Source: Ignavibacteriota bacterium
GTDB taxonomy: Bacteria > Bacteroidota > Ignavibacteria > UBA10030 > UBA6906
DNA length: 64,000 bases
Assembly (NCBI GenBank): GCA_963801355.1
Contig: CAWDEM010000004.1
Coordinates: forward strand, 96,001-160,000
Reading direction: 5' to 3'
Shown: positions 48,742 to 58,920 of the stretch, piece by piece
Position numbering within the stretch: position 1 is the stretch's first letter
Layout of the letters: each line of letters begins with the position of its first letter
Translations under genes and position numbers: made by a program
The notes under the pieces: generated by a model
Database searches by the model: none
The model's input: the letters and a program-made list of their open reading frames with translations, nothing else
Told to the model about the DNA's origin: nothing

Positions 48742-49348
48742 GGTTGTCGCTCCGTGATGACTGCTGTAAATGATGTTCCACAATTTCCTGGACTTCGGCA
48801 GTGGCCCGTTCCAATGTGTCGTTGACCACCACCCAATCAAAATGCTGCGCCTGGGCCAGTTCCATCGGCACGCGTTCCAGCCGGCGTGCCAGCGTTTTCG
48901 CATCCTCCGTCAGCCGTGCGCGCAACCGCTCTTCGAGCACTGCCTGCGACGGCGGGTTGATGAAGATCAACAACGCCACGGGGTACTTGCGCTTAATCGA
49001 CAGCGCCCCCTTGACGTCGACATCAAACAGGAGGTGCTTTCCCTGCTTCATCGCCGCATCCACCTCACATTGCAGCGTGCCATAATAGTTACCGTAGATC
49101 TCTTCCCACTCGACAAACTCCCCTGCCGCCACACGCGCGCGGAACTGGTCCGGAGTGAGAAAGAAATAGTCTCTTCCGTCACGTTCGCCGGTCCGCATCG
49201 GCCGGGTCGTGGCCGAGACGGAAAACCGCAGAACCGGACACCGGCGCAATATCTCCCGGGCAATCGATGTCTTCCCTGCACCACTCGGTGCGGAGATCAC
49301 CACGATTTTCCCGGCGCCTGACACGCCGCCTGTTGCACAGGGCGGCAT
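48722..49348 (-). CDS. gmk: Guanylate kinase
   Basis: SAPSGAGKT, SATTR, DGRDYFF, YYGT. Confidence 0.96.
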   Translation of the reverse strand: MPPCATGGVSGAGKIVVISAPSGAGKTSIAREILRRCPVLRFSVSATTRPMRTGERDGRDYFFLTPDQFRARVAAGEFVEWEEIYGNYYGTLQCEVDAAMKQGKHLLFDVDVKGALSIKRKYPVALLIFINPPSQAVLEERLRARLTEDAKTLARRLERVPMELAQAQHFDWVVVNDTLERATAEVQEIVEHHLQQSSRSDNHASQTN

Positions 49349-49351
49349 ATG

Positions 49352-50230
49352 TCACTCGACATTCTGCAGTTGCTCGCGGATCTTCTCCAGCTCTTCCTTC
49401 ATGCCCACGACGATGTGGGAGATTTCCTGGCCGCTGGATTTTGACCCGATGGTGTTGACCTCACGGTTCATTTCCTGCACGAGGAAATTCAGGCGGCGCC
49501 CGGCCGCTTCTTTTCCCCCCAACGCCTCGAGAAAGAACTTATTGTGACTCCGGAACCGTACGCACTCCTCGGTGACATCCAACCGATCCGCCAGCAGCGC
49601 AATTTCCAGCTCAAGCCTGTTTTCGTCGATCCGCTCCACTTCAATAAGCTGTTTGATCCGTTCGCGTAGCCTTTCCCGCTCCAGCGGAACCTGTCCGCGA
49701 GAGAGTGCTTCGACTTCATCCAGGCGCCGGGAGAGCACACCGATGCGCGAACGGAAATCAACCTCCAGCTCGCCGCCTTCCTGGGTTCGCATCTGCTGGA
49801 ATCCCAGCAGGGCCGACTCCAGTGCACGCCGGGTGACTTCCCACTCGGCCTCGTCCGCCGATGCACCGACCTCCTGCTCCAGGATATCTGAAAACTGAAG
49901 CAGGTGCTCCAGCTTGATCGTTTCACGCAACCGGAGCGCCTTCTTTAAATCCGACAGCAAGCGGTAATACGTGCGTGCCGTTGACGGATTGATCCGTAGT
50001 GCAGTAGATTCACCGTTGTTCCGCTCGATCGACACCACAATGCTGATTTTGCCGCGCACGACATGCCGGCGGATAATCTCCTTAATCTCCCCTTCGCGGA
50101 GATTCAGTGTGCGGGGCAGCCGCGAAGATACCTCAAGAAACCGGCTGTTGACTCCTCTGACTTCGACGGTCGCGGTGAGGCCATCCGTGGTTACCTCGCC
50201 CCGGCCGAACCCGGTCATACTTGTTACCAT
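49352..50230 (-). CDS. yicC: YicC/YloC family endoribonuclease
   Basis: SMTGFG, VNSRFLE, DVTEECVR, GRRLNFLVQEMNREVNTIGSK, EQLQNVE. Confidence 0.94.
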   Translation of the reverse strand: MVTSMTGFGRGEVTTDGLTATVEVRGVNSRFLEVSSRLPRTLNLREGEIKEIIRRHVVRGKISIVVSIERNNGESTALRINPSTARTYYRLLSDLKKALRLRETIKLEHLLQFSDILEQEVGASADEAEWEVTRRALESALLGFQQMRTQEGGELEVDFRSRIGVLSRRLDEVEALSRGQVPLERERLRERIKQLIEVERIDENRLELEIALLADRLDVTEECVRFRSHNKFFLEALGGKEAAGRRLNFLVQEMNREVNTIGSKSSGQEISHIVVGMKEELEKIREQLQNVE

Positions 50231-50246
50231 CGGTGCAACCGCAATT

Positions 50247-50393
50247 TGTGCATAAGGAATTAAATTTACATAAAATCGCCGGCAGCTGCAACCTCTAATT
50301 CTGCACCAAAAAGTCTATGATTATCCACACTATATCCACAAGAAACTGCGAAAACATTGGGAAAATGCCCCTAATTCGCTATATTGTGGATAA
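50247..50393. promoter_or_regulatory. Cluster of four DnaA boxes with two divergent sigma70 promoters
   Basis: TGTGCATAA 50247-55, TTATCCACA 50321-29, ATATCCACA 50332-40, TGTGGATAA 50385-93; minus TTGCAG-N17-TAAATT; plus TTGGGA-N17-TATATT. Confidence 0.72.
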
Positions 50394-50396
50394 CAT

Positions 50397-52058
50397 ATGC
50401 ACTCGGCCTACCATACGCTCCGGGCCGTGGCCCTAGATCTCTCCAAACGCCTCCCCGGACAGAGCATTAAACAGATCTATTCTCAGGATAGGGATGAGGT
50501 AATATTCGGATTCGGGGGCCTTGCGGGGCATCTCGTGGTCTCGTGCCGCCCGGATCTGCCCTGTTGTTACCTCCACAGCGCTGTCCAGCGCGCGAAGAAG
50601 AATTCCGCGGATGTGCTTGCGCTTGCCGCCGGTCACACGATTCACAACGTCACCATCCATCCTTCCGACCGCGTGCTGACGTTCCATCTGTCCGCAGGAT
50701 TTGCCCTCACCATTCAGCTCTTCGGCGCGCGATCCAATGTCATGCTGACCTCCCCGGATGCCAGGATTGCCGACGCCTTCAAGCGCTCCAGGGAACTCAC
50801 CGGCCACACGCCGGCGCTTTCTGCGCCCGGCGTTATGCTTTCGCCTGAAGGGCTGGTGGCCGCCGTGCGGAGCCTTACGCAGAGTACGCTGGGTGCTGCG
50901 GTCAAGAAGTTCGCTCCCCAATTTCCGGTCATTGTCATCCTGGAACTTCTTCACCGTGCGGGGCTGGCATCTGAAATGCCGGTTGCGCTGATGCCGGTCG
51001 ATTCCCTCCCGGCACTGACGAGGGCAATCTCCTCGGTCAATGCCGAGCTGGCAGCCCCCCGGCCCCGTATCTATTCACGGGACGATGGAACTCCATCCCA
51101 CTTCTCGATCATTCCTCTTACCGCACTTGCCGGGCAACGGGAAGAATGCTTTGAAGATATCCACAAGGCGCTCCAGTCATTCATCGCATGGAAGAAATCG
51201 GCGGACAATGTCGCCTTGGAGCGACGCGCTCTCGAACTCCGCATACGCGCCACACATGACCGTGCACGGCGGATCGTCCAGGCAATTGATGCTGATCTTG
51301 CCGCCGGTGACCGCGCGGAACAATACCAGCGGTACGGTTCGTTGATACTGCAGCATCTGCCGGACATTGCACGGGGCTCGGACCATGCCGAGCTTGCAGG
51401 GCCCGACGGAGAGGTCCGTGTTCCCCTTGTGCCGACCGCAACGCCGTCGGAGAATGCACAACGCTACTTTGAGAAAGCAAAGACGAGCAAGCGCGCGCGT
51501 CAGCTTGCCGGCCGCCGCCGCTCCATCTACAGCACCCGCATGGAGCGCAGCGCAACATTGCTTGGCGAACTCGAGCATGTTTCCACACGACAGGACTTGA
51601 AAGCCTATATGGAACGCCACCACGACGATCTGCACGATCCCCGGGAACAGAGCCCCGCCGACGATCAGGATCGGCCGCTCTTCAGAGTGTTTGTTGTCGA
51701 AGGAGGATTCGAAGTATGGGCGGGGAGGAGCAGCGCCAACAACGATCTGCTGACCCTCCGGCATGCAAAGCCGCAAGACTATTGGTTTCACGCACGCGGT
51801 GCATCCGGTTCCCATGTGATACTCCGCGTGGCTTCCGGCCGCGGTGAACCCGGCAAACGGGCCATTTGCCAGGCGGCATCCATCGCCGCGTACTATAGCA
51901 AAATGCGCACCGCAGCGATGGTCCCGGTGGCGGTGACGCGACGCAAGTATGTCCATAAGCCGAAAGGAGCAGCGGCAGGAAGTGTCGTGCTCCAGCGCGA
52001 AGATGTACTGATGGTTGAACCCCACTTGCCGTACCCCAGTGAGGATGCCGATGAGTAA
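50397..52058 (+). CDS. NFACT/RqcH (Rqc2/FbpA) ribosome quality control protein
   Basis: HPSDRVL (DR motif), ENAQRYFEKAK, GRSSANNDLLT, WFHARGASGSHV, AAYYSK. Confidence 0.88.
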   Translation: MHSAYHTLRAVALDLSKRLPGQSIKQIYSQDRDEVIFGFGGLAGHLVVSCRPDLPCCYLHSAVQRAKKNSADVLALAAGHTIHNVTIHPSDRVLTFHLSAGFALTIQLFGARSNVMLTSPDARIADAFKRSRELTGHTPALSAPGVMLSPEGLVAAVRSLTQSTLGAAVKKFAPQFPVIVILELLHRAGLASEMPVALMPVDSLPALTRAISSVNAELAAPRPRIYSRDDGTPSHFSIIPLTALAGQREECFEDIHKALQSFIAWKKSADNVALERRALELRIRATHDRARRIVQAIDADLAAGDRAEQYQRYGSLILQHLPDIARGSDHAELAGPDGEVRVPLVPTATPSENAQRYFEKAKTSKRARQLAGRRRSIYSTRMERSATLLGELEHVSTRQDLKAYMERHHDDLHDPREQSPADDQDRPLFRVFVVEGGFEVWAGRSSANNDLLTLRHAKPQDYWFHARGASGSHVILRVASGRGEPGKRAICQAASIAAYYSKMRTAAMVPVAVTRRKYVHKPKGAAAGSVVLQREDVLMVEPHLPYPSEDADE

Positions 52059-53304
52059 ACGATCCGCTGTAAGGAATCTCGACCCGCGAAGGAGTCTTGA
52101 CCCGCGATTGATGTCCGTCGCAACACGTGCTATCCATGGTAATCAGCTGTTCCCGCACCGGGCGCCCGTCGCTCCCCCGATTGTGCAAACCTCAACATAC
52201 CGGTTCGACAGTTCCGGAGATGCGCTGCGGTATGCCCGGGGCGATCCCGATGTGTATGTCTACACACGCTATCACAACCCGACGGTGCGTGCCGCGGAAG
52301 AACGGCTCGCGCTGATCATGGAATCGGAAAAGACTCTGATGGTTGCCTCAGGAATGGCGGCAATCAGCTCCGCGATTCTTGCGGCCGCCCGGGAGGGGAA
52401 TTCAATTGTCAGTACCCCCGCACTGTATGGCGGCACCTACCGTTTCTTCCGCGACATCCTCCCCCGCCACGGTATTACCGTCCGCTACGTCCATCCGGAC
52501 CGCCTCGACCGGATGGATGCACTGATCGATGCGACCACGCGGGTGGTCTACTTCGAAACCCCCACGAACCCGACACTCGGCATTGTGGACATCGAAGCCC
52601 TGGTCACCGCGGTCCGCAAGGCAGAGCGGCGCGTGCGCAGGAAGATACTGATCATGATCGACAACACCTTCGCGACAAGCCTCAACCAGCACCCCTTCCG
52701 CTTCGGTGTGGACGTTGTCGTTGAGAGCGCCACAAAATATCTGGGAGGGCATTCTGACATCATCGCCGGCGTTGTCGCAGGATCAGAGGAATTCATTACA
52801 CAGGCTCATGCGCAGATGAAGTACTACGGGGGATGCGCAGATCCCTTTGCGGCCTTCCTTCTCCTGCGCAGCTTGAAAACGTTTGCATTGCGGGTGGCCC
52901 GCCAGAACGAAAACGCCCTCACGCTTGCACGCTCGCTGGAACTCCATCCCGGCGTGCTGCGCGTTCTCTACCCCGGACTGTCCTCGCATCCCCATCATCA
53001 GATCGCCCGGAAGCAGATGGTGGATGCGGGAGGCGAAGGATTCGGCGGTATGGTCACCATCGAGGTAAAAGGAGGGCTCCGCGGTGCGGTCCGGGTCACC
53101 GACGCGCTCCGCGTGGGAGTCAACGCCATGTCCCTCGGCGGAACCGAAACGCTGGTCAGCATTCCCGTCTACTCGTCTCACGTGCAAATGACTCCCCGGG
53201 AATTGCACCGTCACGGCGTCACACCCGGCATGATCCGGATTTCGGTCGGTCTCGAAGGTATCCTGGATATTGTACGGGATTTTGAGGCATCTCTGGATTC
53301 TTGA
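52051..53304 (+). CDS. Cys/Met metabolism PLP enzyme (cystathionine gamma-synthase / methionine gamma-lyase family)
   Basis: YTRYHNPT, SGMAAI, ETPTNP, DNTFA, SATKYLGGHSD, SLGGTETL. Confidence 0.92.
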   Translation: MSKRSAVRNLDPRRSLDPRLMSVATRAIHGNQLFPHRAPVAPPIVQTSTYRFDSSGDALRYARGDPDVYVYTRYHNPTVRAAEERLALIMESEKTLMVASGMAAISSAILAAAREGNSIVSTPALYGGTYRFFRDILPRHGITVRYVHPDRLDRMDALIDATTRVVYFETPTNPTLGIVDIEALVTAVRKAERRVRRKILIMIDNTFATSLNQHPFRFGVDVVVESATKYLGGHSDIIAGVVAGSEEFITQAHAQMKYYGGCADPFAAFLLLRSLKTFALRVARQNENALTLARSLELHPGVLRVLYPGLSSHPHHQIARKQMVDAGGEGFGGMVTIEVKGGLRGAVRVTDALRVGVNAMSLGGTETLVSIPVYSSHVQMTPRELHRHGVTPGMIRISVGLEGILDIVRDFEASLDS

Positions 53305-53376
53305 ATGTTTCAGTGATTTTCCGTAACTATAAGTTCTCCAACTTGTATCACGGCGTCCACCAAAGGGAGCACAATC

Positions 53377-55743
53377 GTGAAGCACAGCATTTTCTTCCGT
53401 AGCATCATTTTCTTCAGTCTTTGCATCGTTGCGGCTGCATTTCTCGCGGGCATCAATGGATGCGCTCCAAAACAGCAGGAATCCATAGTCGCGACAATCG
53501 GCACGAACGCCATAACGCTCGCGGACTTCGAGAACATGTATACCCGCAGCAACGGGGATGCCAGCATTGATACTACCGTCAGCCAGGAGGAGCGGGAGCG
53601 GTTCCTTGATCTCATGGTCAAATACCGCCTGAAGCTTACGGACGCCTACCGCCAGGGATTGGACAAACGCCCCGAAGTACAGGGCGAAATCAATCAGTAC
53701 CGGGGAAGTCTTGCCGCGTCCTATCTCACCGACCGCGAGCTTGTCGTCCCCAGCGTACGGAGGATGTACGACCGCAGCCTCGAAGAGATACGTGCAAGCC
53801 ACATCCTGCTGACGTTCCGTCAGGATGCCAAGGCGGAAGACTCCGCAGCGGTGTACAAGCAGGCTCAGGAAATCATCACGGAAATTAAAGCCGGCAAAGA
53901 TATCGGTGAGCTCGCACTCCAATTCTCGCAGGATCCCAGCGCGAAGCAGAACAAGGGCGACCTGTACTATTTCTCCGTCGGACGCATGGTACCGGAATTT
54001 GAAGATGCGGCCTTTGCGCTGAAGACCGGCGAAGTTACTTCAACACCCATCAAGACCCGTTTCGGGCTGCACATCATCAAGGTAACGGACCGGAAACCCT
54101 CGCGGGGCGAGCTCCAGGCAAGCCACATCATGATCCGGTTTGCCGACCAGAACCCGTCGCCGGAGGATACGGCAAAGGCGTATGCAAAGATACTGGCGAT
54201 CCAGGACAGCATAGCGAAGGGCATTCCCTTTGAAGAGCTGGCAGCGCGGAATTCCGAAGATGGTGGATCCAGCGGCCGCGGAGGTGATCTCGGTTGGTTT
54301 TCGCGCGGACGGTGGCCGCAACCGTTCGATGAAGCAGCATTCCGGCTGACACCCGGCAAGACATCCCCCGTTGTCCGTACCTTATACGGTTATCACATCA
54401 TCTACTGTACCAATGCCCGGCCCCCGAAATCCTTCGAGGAAGCCAAACAGGATTTCCAGAACCTTTATCAACAGCAACGCTTCCAGTCGGACTACGCGGC
54501 ATTCACGGCAAAGATCAAGAAGGAAACCCAATTTGTCCGGAAGGATTCCGTGATCGCCCTTTTCGTCTCCGGGTTCGACTCCACAAAAGCCGTCCGCGAC
54601 AGTGCCTGGGGTTCGACCCTGCCCGGCGATTTTGGCAGGGCAACAATGTTCACGGTGCTCGGACGCCCGATCATCGTGGATACGGTGATCGCCATGATCA
54701 AGAGCCACGTTGAATGGTCGACCACCTCCCTTCACCGTGTGTCTCTCGCACCGATCGTCGACAAGCTGGCCGACCAGGTGCTCTTTGAAGGAAAGTCGGA
54801 GCTGCTCGAGAAGCAGGATCCAAAATTCGCCGCGTTGCTGCGCGAGTACCGGGAAGGAATCCTTCTCTATCAGATCGAGCAGGATCAGGTGTGGAACAAG
54901 GTCACGACATCCGACTCGCTGCTGCGCCTCTATTTCGCAGACCACCGGGACAAGTTTGTTTTCCCGGACCGCGTACTCTTCACCGATATTCGTGCCGTTT
55001 CCAATGCCAATGCGGAGATCATCCGACAGAAGCTGCTGGCCGGAATGACCATGGAACAGGTTGCACGTGAAGATTCCATTCGCATGGCCGCAAAGGTGGC
55101 CTTCCAGCTCCGTTTTGGTGCGGGGAAAACAACGCTGCCGGCGGCACAGACGGGAACGGTGGCCTCCGTCGGATCATTCCTGACGAAGGAGAAGTCAACG
55201 CGTGTCATGATTGCAGCGTATGCAGACACGAGCACGCGCAAGTCCAAAAACGAAGCCCTCGCAAAGCAGCGTCTGGAGCTTGTGAAGGGGTTGCTGATGA
55301 AGACGCACGGCATTGCATCCGACCGCATCATCACGGAGATCCGGCCGCGTAATTTTGCAGCCGCGAAGCAGCGGGATACCGCCGGGGTCCTGCAGCTTCT
55401 GGATGTGCAGATACTCGGTCTGCAGCCGCTGGTGATAGGCCCGTTGGAAACCTTACTGGCTGCTCCCGCTGCGGACGACCGCGCGAAGCAGGCGGATTCT
55501 CTCGCCGTGGGCGGCTATTCGGCGCCGTTCTTCCACAAAGCGGGGTTTGTCGTTGTCCGTAAAGACGGGGTTGATCCGGCCCGGCAGAAGACCTTCGAAG
55601 AAGCGGGCGCCGAAGTCTCAAGTGCATTCCAGGAGTATGAATCAAAGCGCCTTGAAGCCGAATGGCTCAACCGCGTAAAGCAGTACGCACCGGTGATCGA
55701 ACACAAGGAATTGTTGAAGAACGCCTTTGCAAAGACTCCGTGA
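53377..55743 (+). CDS. Multi-parvulin peptidylprolyl isomerase lipoprotein with inserted OmpA-like domain
   Basis: Lipobox-like INGC; ASHIL...FSQDP...GDL...FGLHIIK; ASHIM...SED...GGDLGWF...YGYHII; third degenerate parvulin split by an insert. Confidence 0.85.
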   Translation: MKHSIFFRSIIFFSLCIVAAAFLAGINGCAPKQQESIVATIGTNAITLADFENMYTRSNGDASIDTTVSQEERERFLDLMVKYRLKLTDAYRQGLDKRPEVQGEINQYRGSLAASYLTDRELVVPSVRRMYDRSLEEIRASHILLTFRQDAKAEDSAAVYKQAQEIITEIKAGKDIGELALQFSQDPSAKQNKGDLYYFSVGRMVPEFEDAAFALKTGEVTSTPIKTRFGLHIIKVTDRKPSRGELQASHIMIRFADQNPSPEDTAKAYAKILAIQDSIAKGIPFEELAARNSEDGGSSGRGGDLGWFSRGRWPQPFDEAAFRLTPGKTSPVVRTLYGYHIIYCTNARPPKSFEEAKQDFQNLYQQQRFQSDYAAFTAKIKKETQFVRKDSVIALFVSGFDSTKAVRDSAWGSTLPGDFGRATMFTVLGRPIIVDTVIAMIKSHVEWSTTSLHRVSLAPIVDKLADQVLFEGKSELLEKQDPKFAALLREYREGILLYQIEQDQVWNKVTTSDSLLRLYFADHRDKFVFPDRVLFTDIRAVSNANAEIIRQKLLAGMTMEQVAREDSIRMAAKVAFQLRFGAGKTTLPAAQTGTVASVGSFLTKEKSTRVMIAAYADTSTRKSKNEALAKQRLELVKGLLMKTHGIASDRIITEIRPRNFAAAKQRDTAGVLQLLDVQILGLQPLVIGPLETLLAAPAADDRAKQADSLAVGGYSAPFFHKAGFVVVRKDGVDPARQKTFEEAGAEVSSAFQEYESKRLEAEWLNRVKQYAPVIEHKELLKNAFAKTP

Positions 55744-56602
55744 CGGGTGGTGGCGAGGACTGGCGGCGGCACTCGCGCTGACGCTGGCCGCATGCGGCCG
55801 GGAGGGCGAACGCAGCGGATATGTTGCCCGCGTCAACAGCGTAGTGTTGACCGACGCTGATATTGCGCATCAGCGCGACTCTGTGGGCGAAGCGGGTGCC
55901 GCATCTAAAGAATACATCAACGACTGGGTCGTCAACGAGCTGTTGTACCAGGAGGCCGAACGGCGCGGCGTGACCGACGATCCATCGTTCCGCGACCAGC
56001 TCGAGGCCATGCGCAAACGGCTTGCCGTCGCCGCTCTCCTTCAGGAAGCGGTGTATGCGAAAGTTGACAGCACCGAGCTCCCGGAAGACTCCGTCACCCA
56101 GGCCTACACGCGCTCGGGCCAGGCATTCCTGTTGCGCGAAGATATCACGCTTGCGAGTTATGTCCTCTTCCGCACCCGGGAAGCCGCCAACGCATTCCGC
56201 GCCACCCTCATGCGCGGCACCCCATGGCAGACCTCGCTGACCGAACTCCAGGCAAAACCTTCAAAGGAACCTCCCGTCATCCAGTCGGCGGACCATCAGT
56301 ACTTCTCCAGTGCAACGCTGTACCCCGAGGAGCTCTGGAAACTGGCCCGCTCTCTCGCCCGTGAAGAGGTCTCCCCTCTACTTCGTACCAATGAGGGGTA
56401 CGTTGTCCTTCGCACACACCAGAATTTCCGTCAGGGGGAACTTCCGCCGTTCGCGTACGCACGTGCCGAGGTGCGGGAACGTCTCCTGATGGACCTCCGT
56501 CGCGCCCGCTACGAGGAGTTCCTCGGTGTGGTCCGCAAACGGCATACCATCGACATTCGTGAACCACAGGCTGGACCTGATCCGTCCGCCTCACAGGAGT
56601 AA
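55727..56602 (+). CDS. Peptidylprolyl isomerase-like (PrsA/SurA-type) lipoprotein
   Basis: Lipobox LAAC; VARVN, YINDWV.NELLYQEA, EVSPLL; start approximate. Confidence 0.75.
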   Translation: MQRLRDGWWRGLAAALALTLAACGREGERSGYVARVNSVVLTDADIAHQRDSVGEAGAASKEYINDWVVNELLYQEAERRGVTDDPSFRDQLEAMRKRLAVAALLQEAVYAKVDSTELPEDSVTQAYTRSGQAFLLREDITLASYVLFRTREAANAFRATLMRGTPWQTSLTELQAKPSKEPPVIQSADHQYFSSATLYPEELWKLARSLAREEVSPLLRTNEGYVVLRTHQNFRQGELPPFAYARAEVRERLLMDLRRARYEEFLGVVRKRHTIDIREPQAGPDPSASQE

Positions 56603-56605
56603 TGC

Positions 56606-57886
56606 ATGTTCCGTTCCGTCATCCCGCGCGCCCTTGTCCTTTCTCTGGCAGTGTGCGGCGTGTCTCCCGCACCGGCACAGGTGCTCGACCGCGTTATCGC
56701 CGTCGTGGAAAACGATCCCATTCTTGAATCGGAGTTGAACGCCCAGATCCAGTTCTTTGCTCTGTCCAACCGCATGGATCCAAAAGCTCCGGGTGTACAC
56801 GATCAGGTACTGCAGGCGATGGTCAACGAGAAACTGATTGTGGCCAAGGCAATCCAGGACAGCGTGACCGTCACCGATGAAGAAGTCCAGCAGCAGCTTG
56901 AAGCGGCAATTCAGCAACGTGTGCAGCAAGTCGGCTCCGAGGCGCGGTTGGAAGAGATGTACGGTATGCCCTTGAGCAGAATCAAGCGGGAATACCGGGA
57001 CGAAATGCGGAAGAACCTCCTTGCACAGAAATTGCAGCAACAACGCTTCGGTGCGACGCAGATCGGCCGCTATGAGGTGGAGGAATTCTTCCGGACCTAT
57101 CGCGACAGTCTCCCCCGCGTCCCTGAAGAAGTGGAACTCTCCCATATCTTCATCAAACCCCGGTTCGGCGCCGCCGAACGCACCGCCGCATACAAGCGCA
57201 TGCAGGCATTGCTCGACAGCATCAATGCCGGTGTCGACTTCGCGGAGCTGGCCAAGCGTCATTCGGAAGACCCTGGCTCGGGACCGCAAGGCGGCAATCT
57301 CGGCCTCGTCCGGCGTGGACAGTTTGTCAAAGACTTTGAAAGCGCCGTCTTCGGCTTGGGCGAGGGACAGGTCTCCGGCATTGTGGAGACCGAGCTCGGG
57401 CTGCATATCATCCAGCTGCTGGAACGCCGTGGCGATGCCGTGCGTGCACGCCATATTCTGTTGCGCATTCAACGCACGGACTCCGGGGACAGCAGCACCG
57501 TCGCTCTCCTGGATTCTCTACGCAGTGCCGCTCTCGCGGGCAGCGACTTCGGCGTACTGGCAAAGAAATTCTCTGAAGACAAGGAGACAAACCTGATCGG
57601 GGGCATGCTGGGCGCACTTGATCTGGAGCAGCTTGATAAGAGCTGGTTCACCGCCGTGGCACCGCTCTCACCGGGCGAGATCAGCAAGCCCGAAAAACTC
57701 CCGGTGGGCAGCTCGTACGGCTATCATATCGTGCTTCTGCGCAAACGCACACCGGCTCATGAAATGACCCTCGAGCAGGATTACCACAAAATCGAGGCAC
57801 TTGCGCTGAACTATAAGAGATCAAAGGACTACCAGAGCTGGCTTGATGATATCCGGAAGAGTATCTACTGGAAGATCTATCCCTAA
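56606..57886 (+). CDS. surA: SurA-like chaperone/PPIase
   Basis: LDRVIAVV...ILESE SurA-N; two parvulin domains (SHIF...SEDPGS...GLHIIQ; RHIL...YGYHIV). Confidence 0.82.
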   Translation: MFRSVIPRALVLSLAVCGVSPAPAQVLDRVIAVVENDPILESELNAQIQFFALSNRMDPKAPGVHDQVLQAMVNEKLIVAKAIQDSVTVTDEEVQQQLEAAIQQRVQQVGSEARLEEMYGMPLSRIKREYRDEMRKNLLAQKLQQQRFGATQIGRYEVEEFFRTYRDSLPRVPEEVELSHIFIKPRFGAAERTAAYKRMQALLDSINAGVDFAELAKRHSEDPGSGPQGGNLGLVRRGQFVKDFESAVFGLGEGQVSGIVETELGLHIIQLLERRGDAVRARHILLRIQRTDSGDSSTVALLDSLRSAALAGSDFGVLAKKFSEDKETNLIGGMLGALDLEQLDKSWFTAVAPLSPGEISKPEKLPVGSSYGYHIVLLRKRTPAHEMTLEQDYHKIEALALNYKRSKDYQSWLDDIRKSIYWKIYP

Positions 57887-57904
57887 CGGCAGAGGACACA
57901 GTTC

Positions 57905-58915
57905 GTGAGCACCGCTCCCGCCTCATCTACAGCCACGGGTGATGTCGCAGACGCGCGCCGGCTGAACGATGCGTATGATAAGCTGCGGAATGAGATCGCC
58001 AAGGTCATTGTCGGCCAGGAAACCATTGTCGAACACATGCTGATTGCCCTCCTGGCCCGCGGCCACTGCCTGCTGGTCGGTGTGCCGGGTCTCGCCAAAA
58101 CACTCCTCATACGCACGCTGGCGCAAGTCCTCGATCTGAAATTCAACCGGATTCAGTTCACACCTGACTTGATGCCCAGCGACATCACCGGAACGGAGAT
58201 TATCGAAGCACATCCGGGATCCGGCGCGAAGGAATTCCGGTTCATTCGCGGCCCTCTGTTCGCAAACATCGTGCTGGCCGACGAAATCAACCGTACCCCG
58301 CCCAAGACACAGGCGGCTCTCCTGGAAGCAATGCAGGAACACCGCATCACCGCGGCGGGAACCACATACACCCTTGATGAGCCGTTCTTCGTCCTGGCAA
58401 CGCAAAACCCGATCGAGCAGGAAGGCACCTATCCCCTGCCCGAAGCCCAACTCGATCGCTTCATGTTCAACCTCTGGCTCGAGTATCCCTCCCCCGCAGA
58501 GGAAGTCCAGATCGTCAAGTCCACAACCGGACTCCACGACCCCGCACCCGGCCATATCCTGACGGGACAGCAAATTACCCGGTTTCAGGACCTGGTCCGG
58601 CGGGTACCTGTCGCAGATAATGTTCTGGAGTACGCGGTCAAACTCGTAGGAACCACACGCCCGGGGGCAGCCCAGTCACCGCAGTTTGTCAAGGATTGGA
58701 TCCGCTGGGGTGCCGGACCACGGGCTTCCCAGTACCTGATTCTCGGCGCAAAAACCCGTGCACTCCTGACCGGGCGCCATACCCCCGATATCGATGACGT
58801 GCGCTTCATGGCCGGCCCCACACTCCGCCATCGTCTCGTCACGAATTTCAACGCCGAAGCAGACGGCGTCACCGCTATTGAGATCGTGGACCGGCTCGTT
58901 CGCGAGCTGCCCTGA
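57905..58915 (+). CDS. MoxR family AAA+ ATPase
   Basis: GVPGLAKT, RIQFTPDLMPSD, DEINR, ATQNPIEQEGTYPLPEAQLDRF. Confidence 0.95.
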   Translation: MSTAPASSTATGDVADARRLNDAYDKLRNEIAKVIVGQETIVEHMLIALLARGHCLLVGVPGLAKTLLIRTLAQVLDLKFNRIQFTPDLMPSDITGTEIIEAHPGSGAKEFRFIRGPLFANIVLADEINRTPPKTQAALLEAMQEHRITAAGTTYTLDEPFFVLATQNPIEQEGTYPLPEAQLDRFMFNLWLEYPSPAEEVQIVKSTTGLHDPAPGHILTGQQITRFQDLVRRVPVADNVLEYAVKLVGTTRPGAAQSPQFVKDWIRWGAGPRASQYLILGAKTRALLTGRHTPDIDDVRFMAGPTLRHRLVTNFNAEADGVTAIEIVDRLVRELP

Positions 58916-58920
58916 GCACC

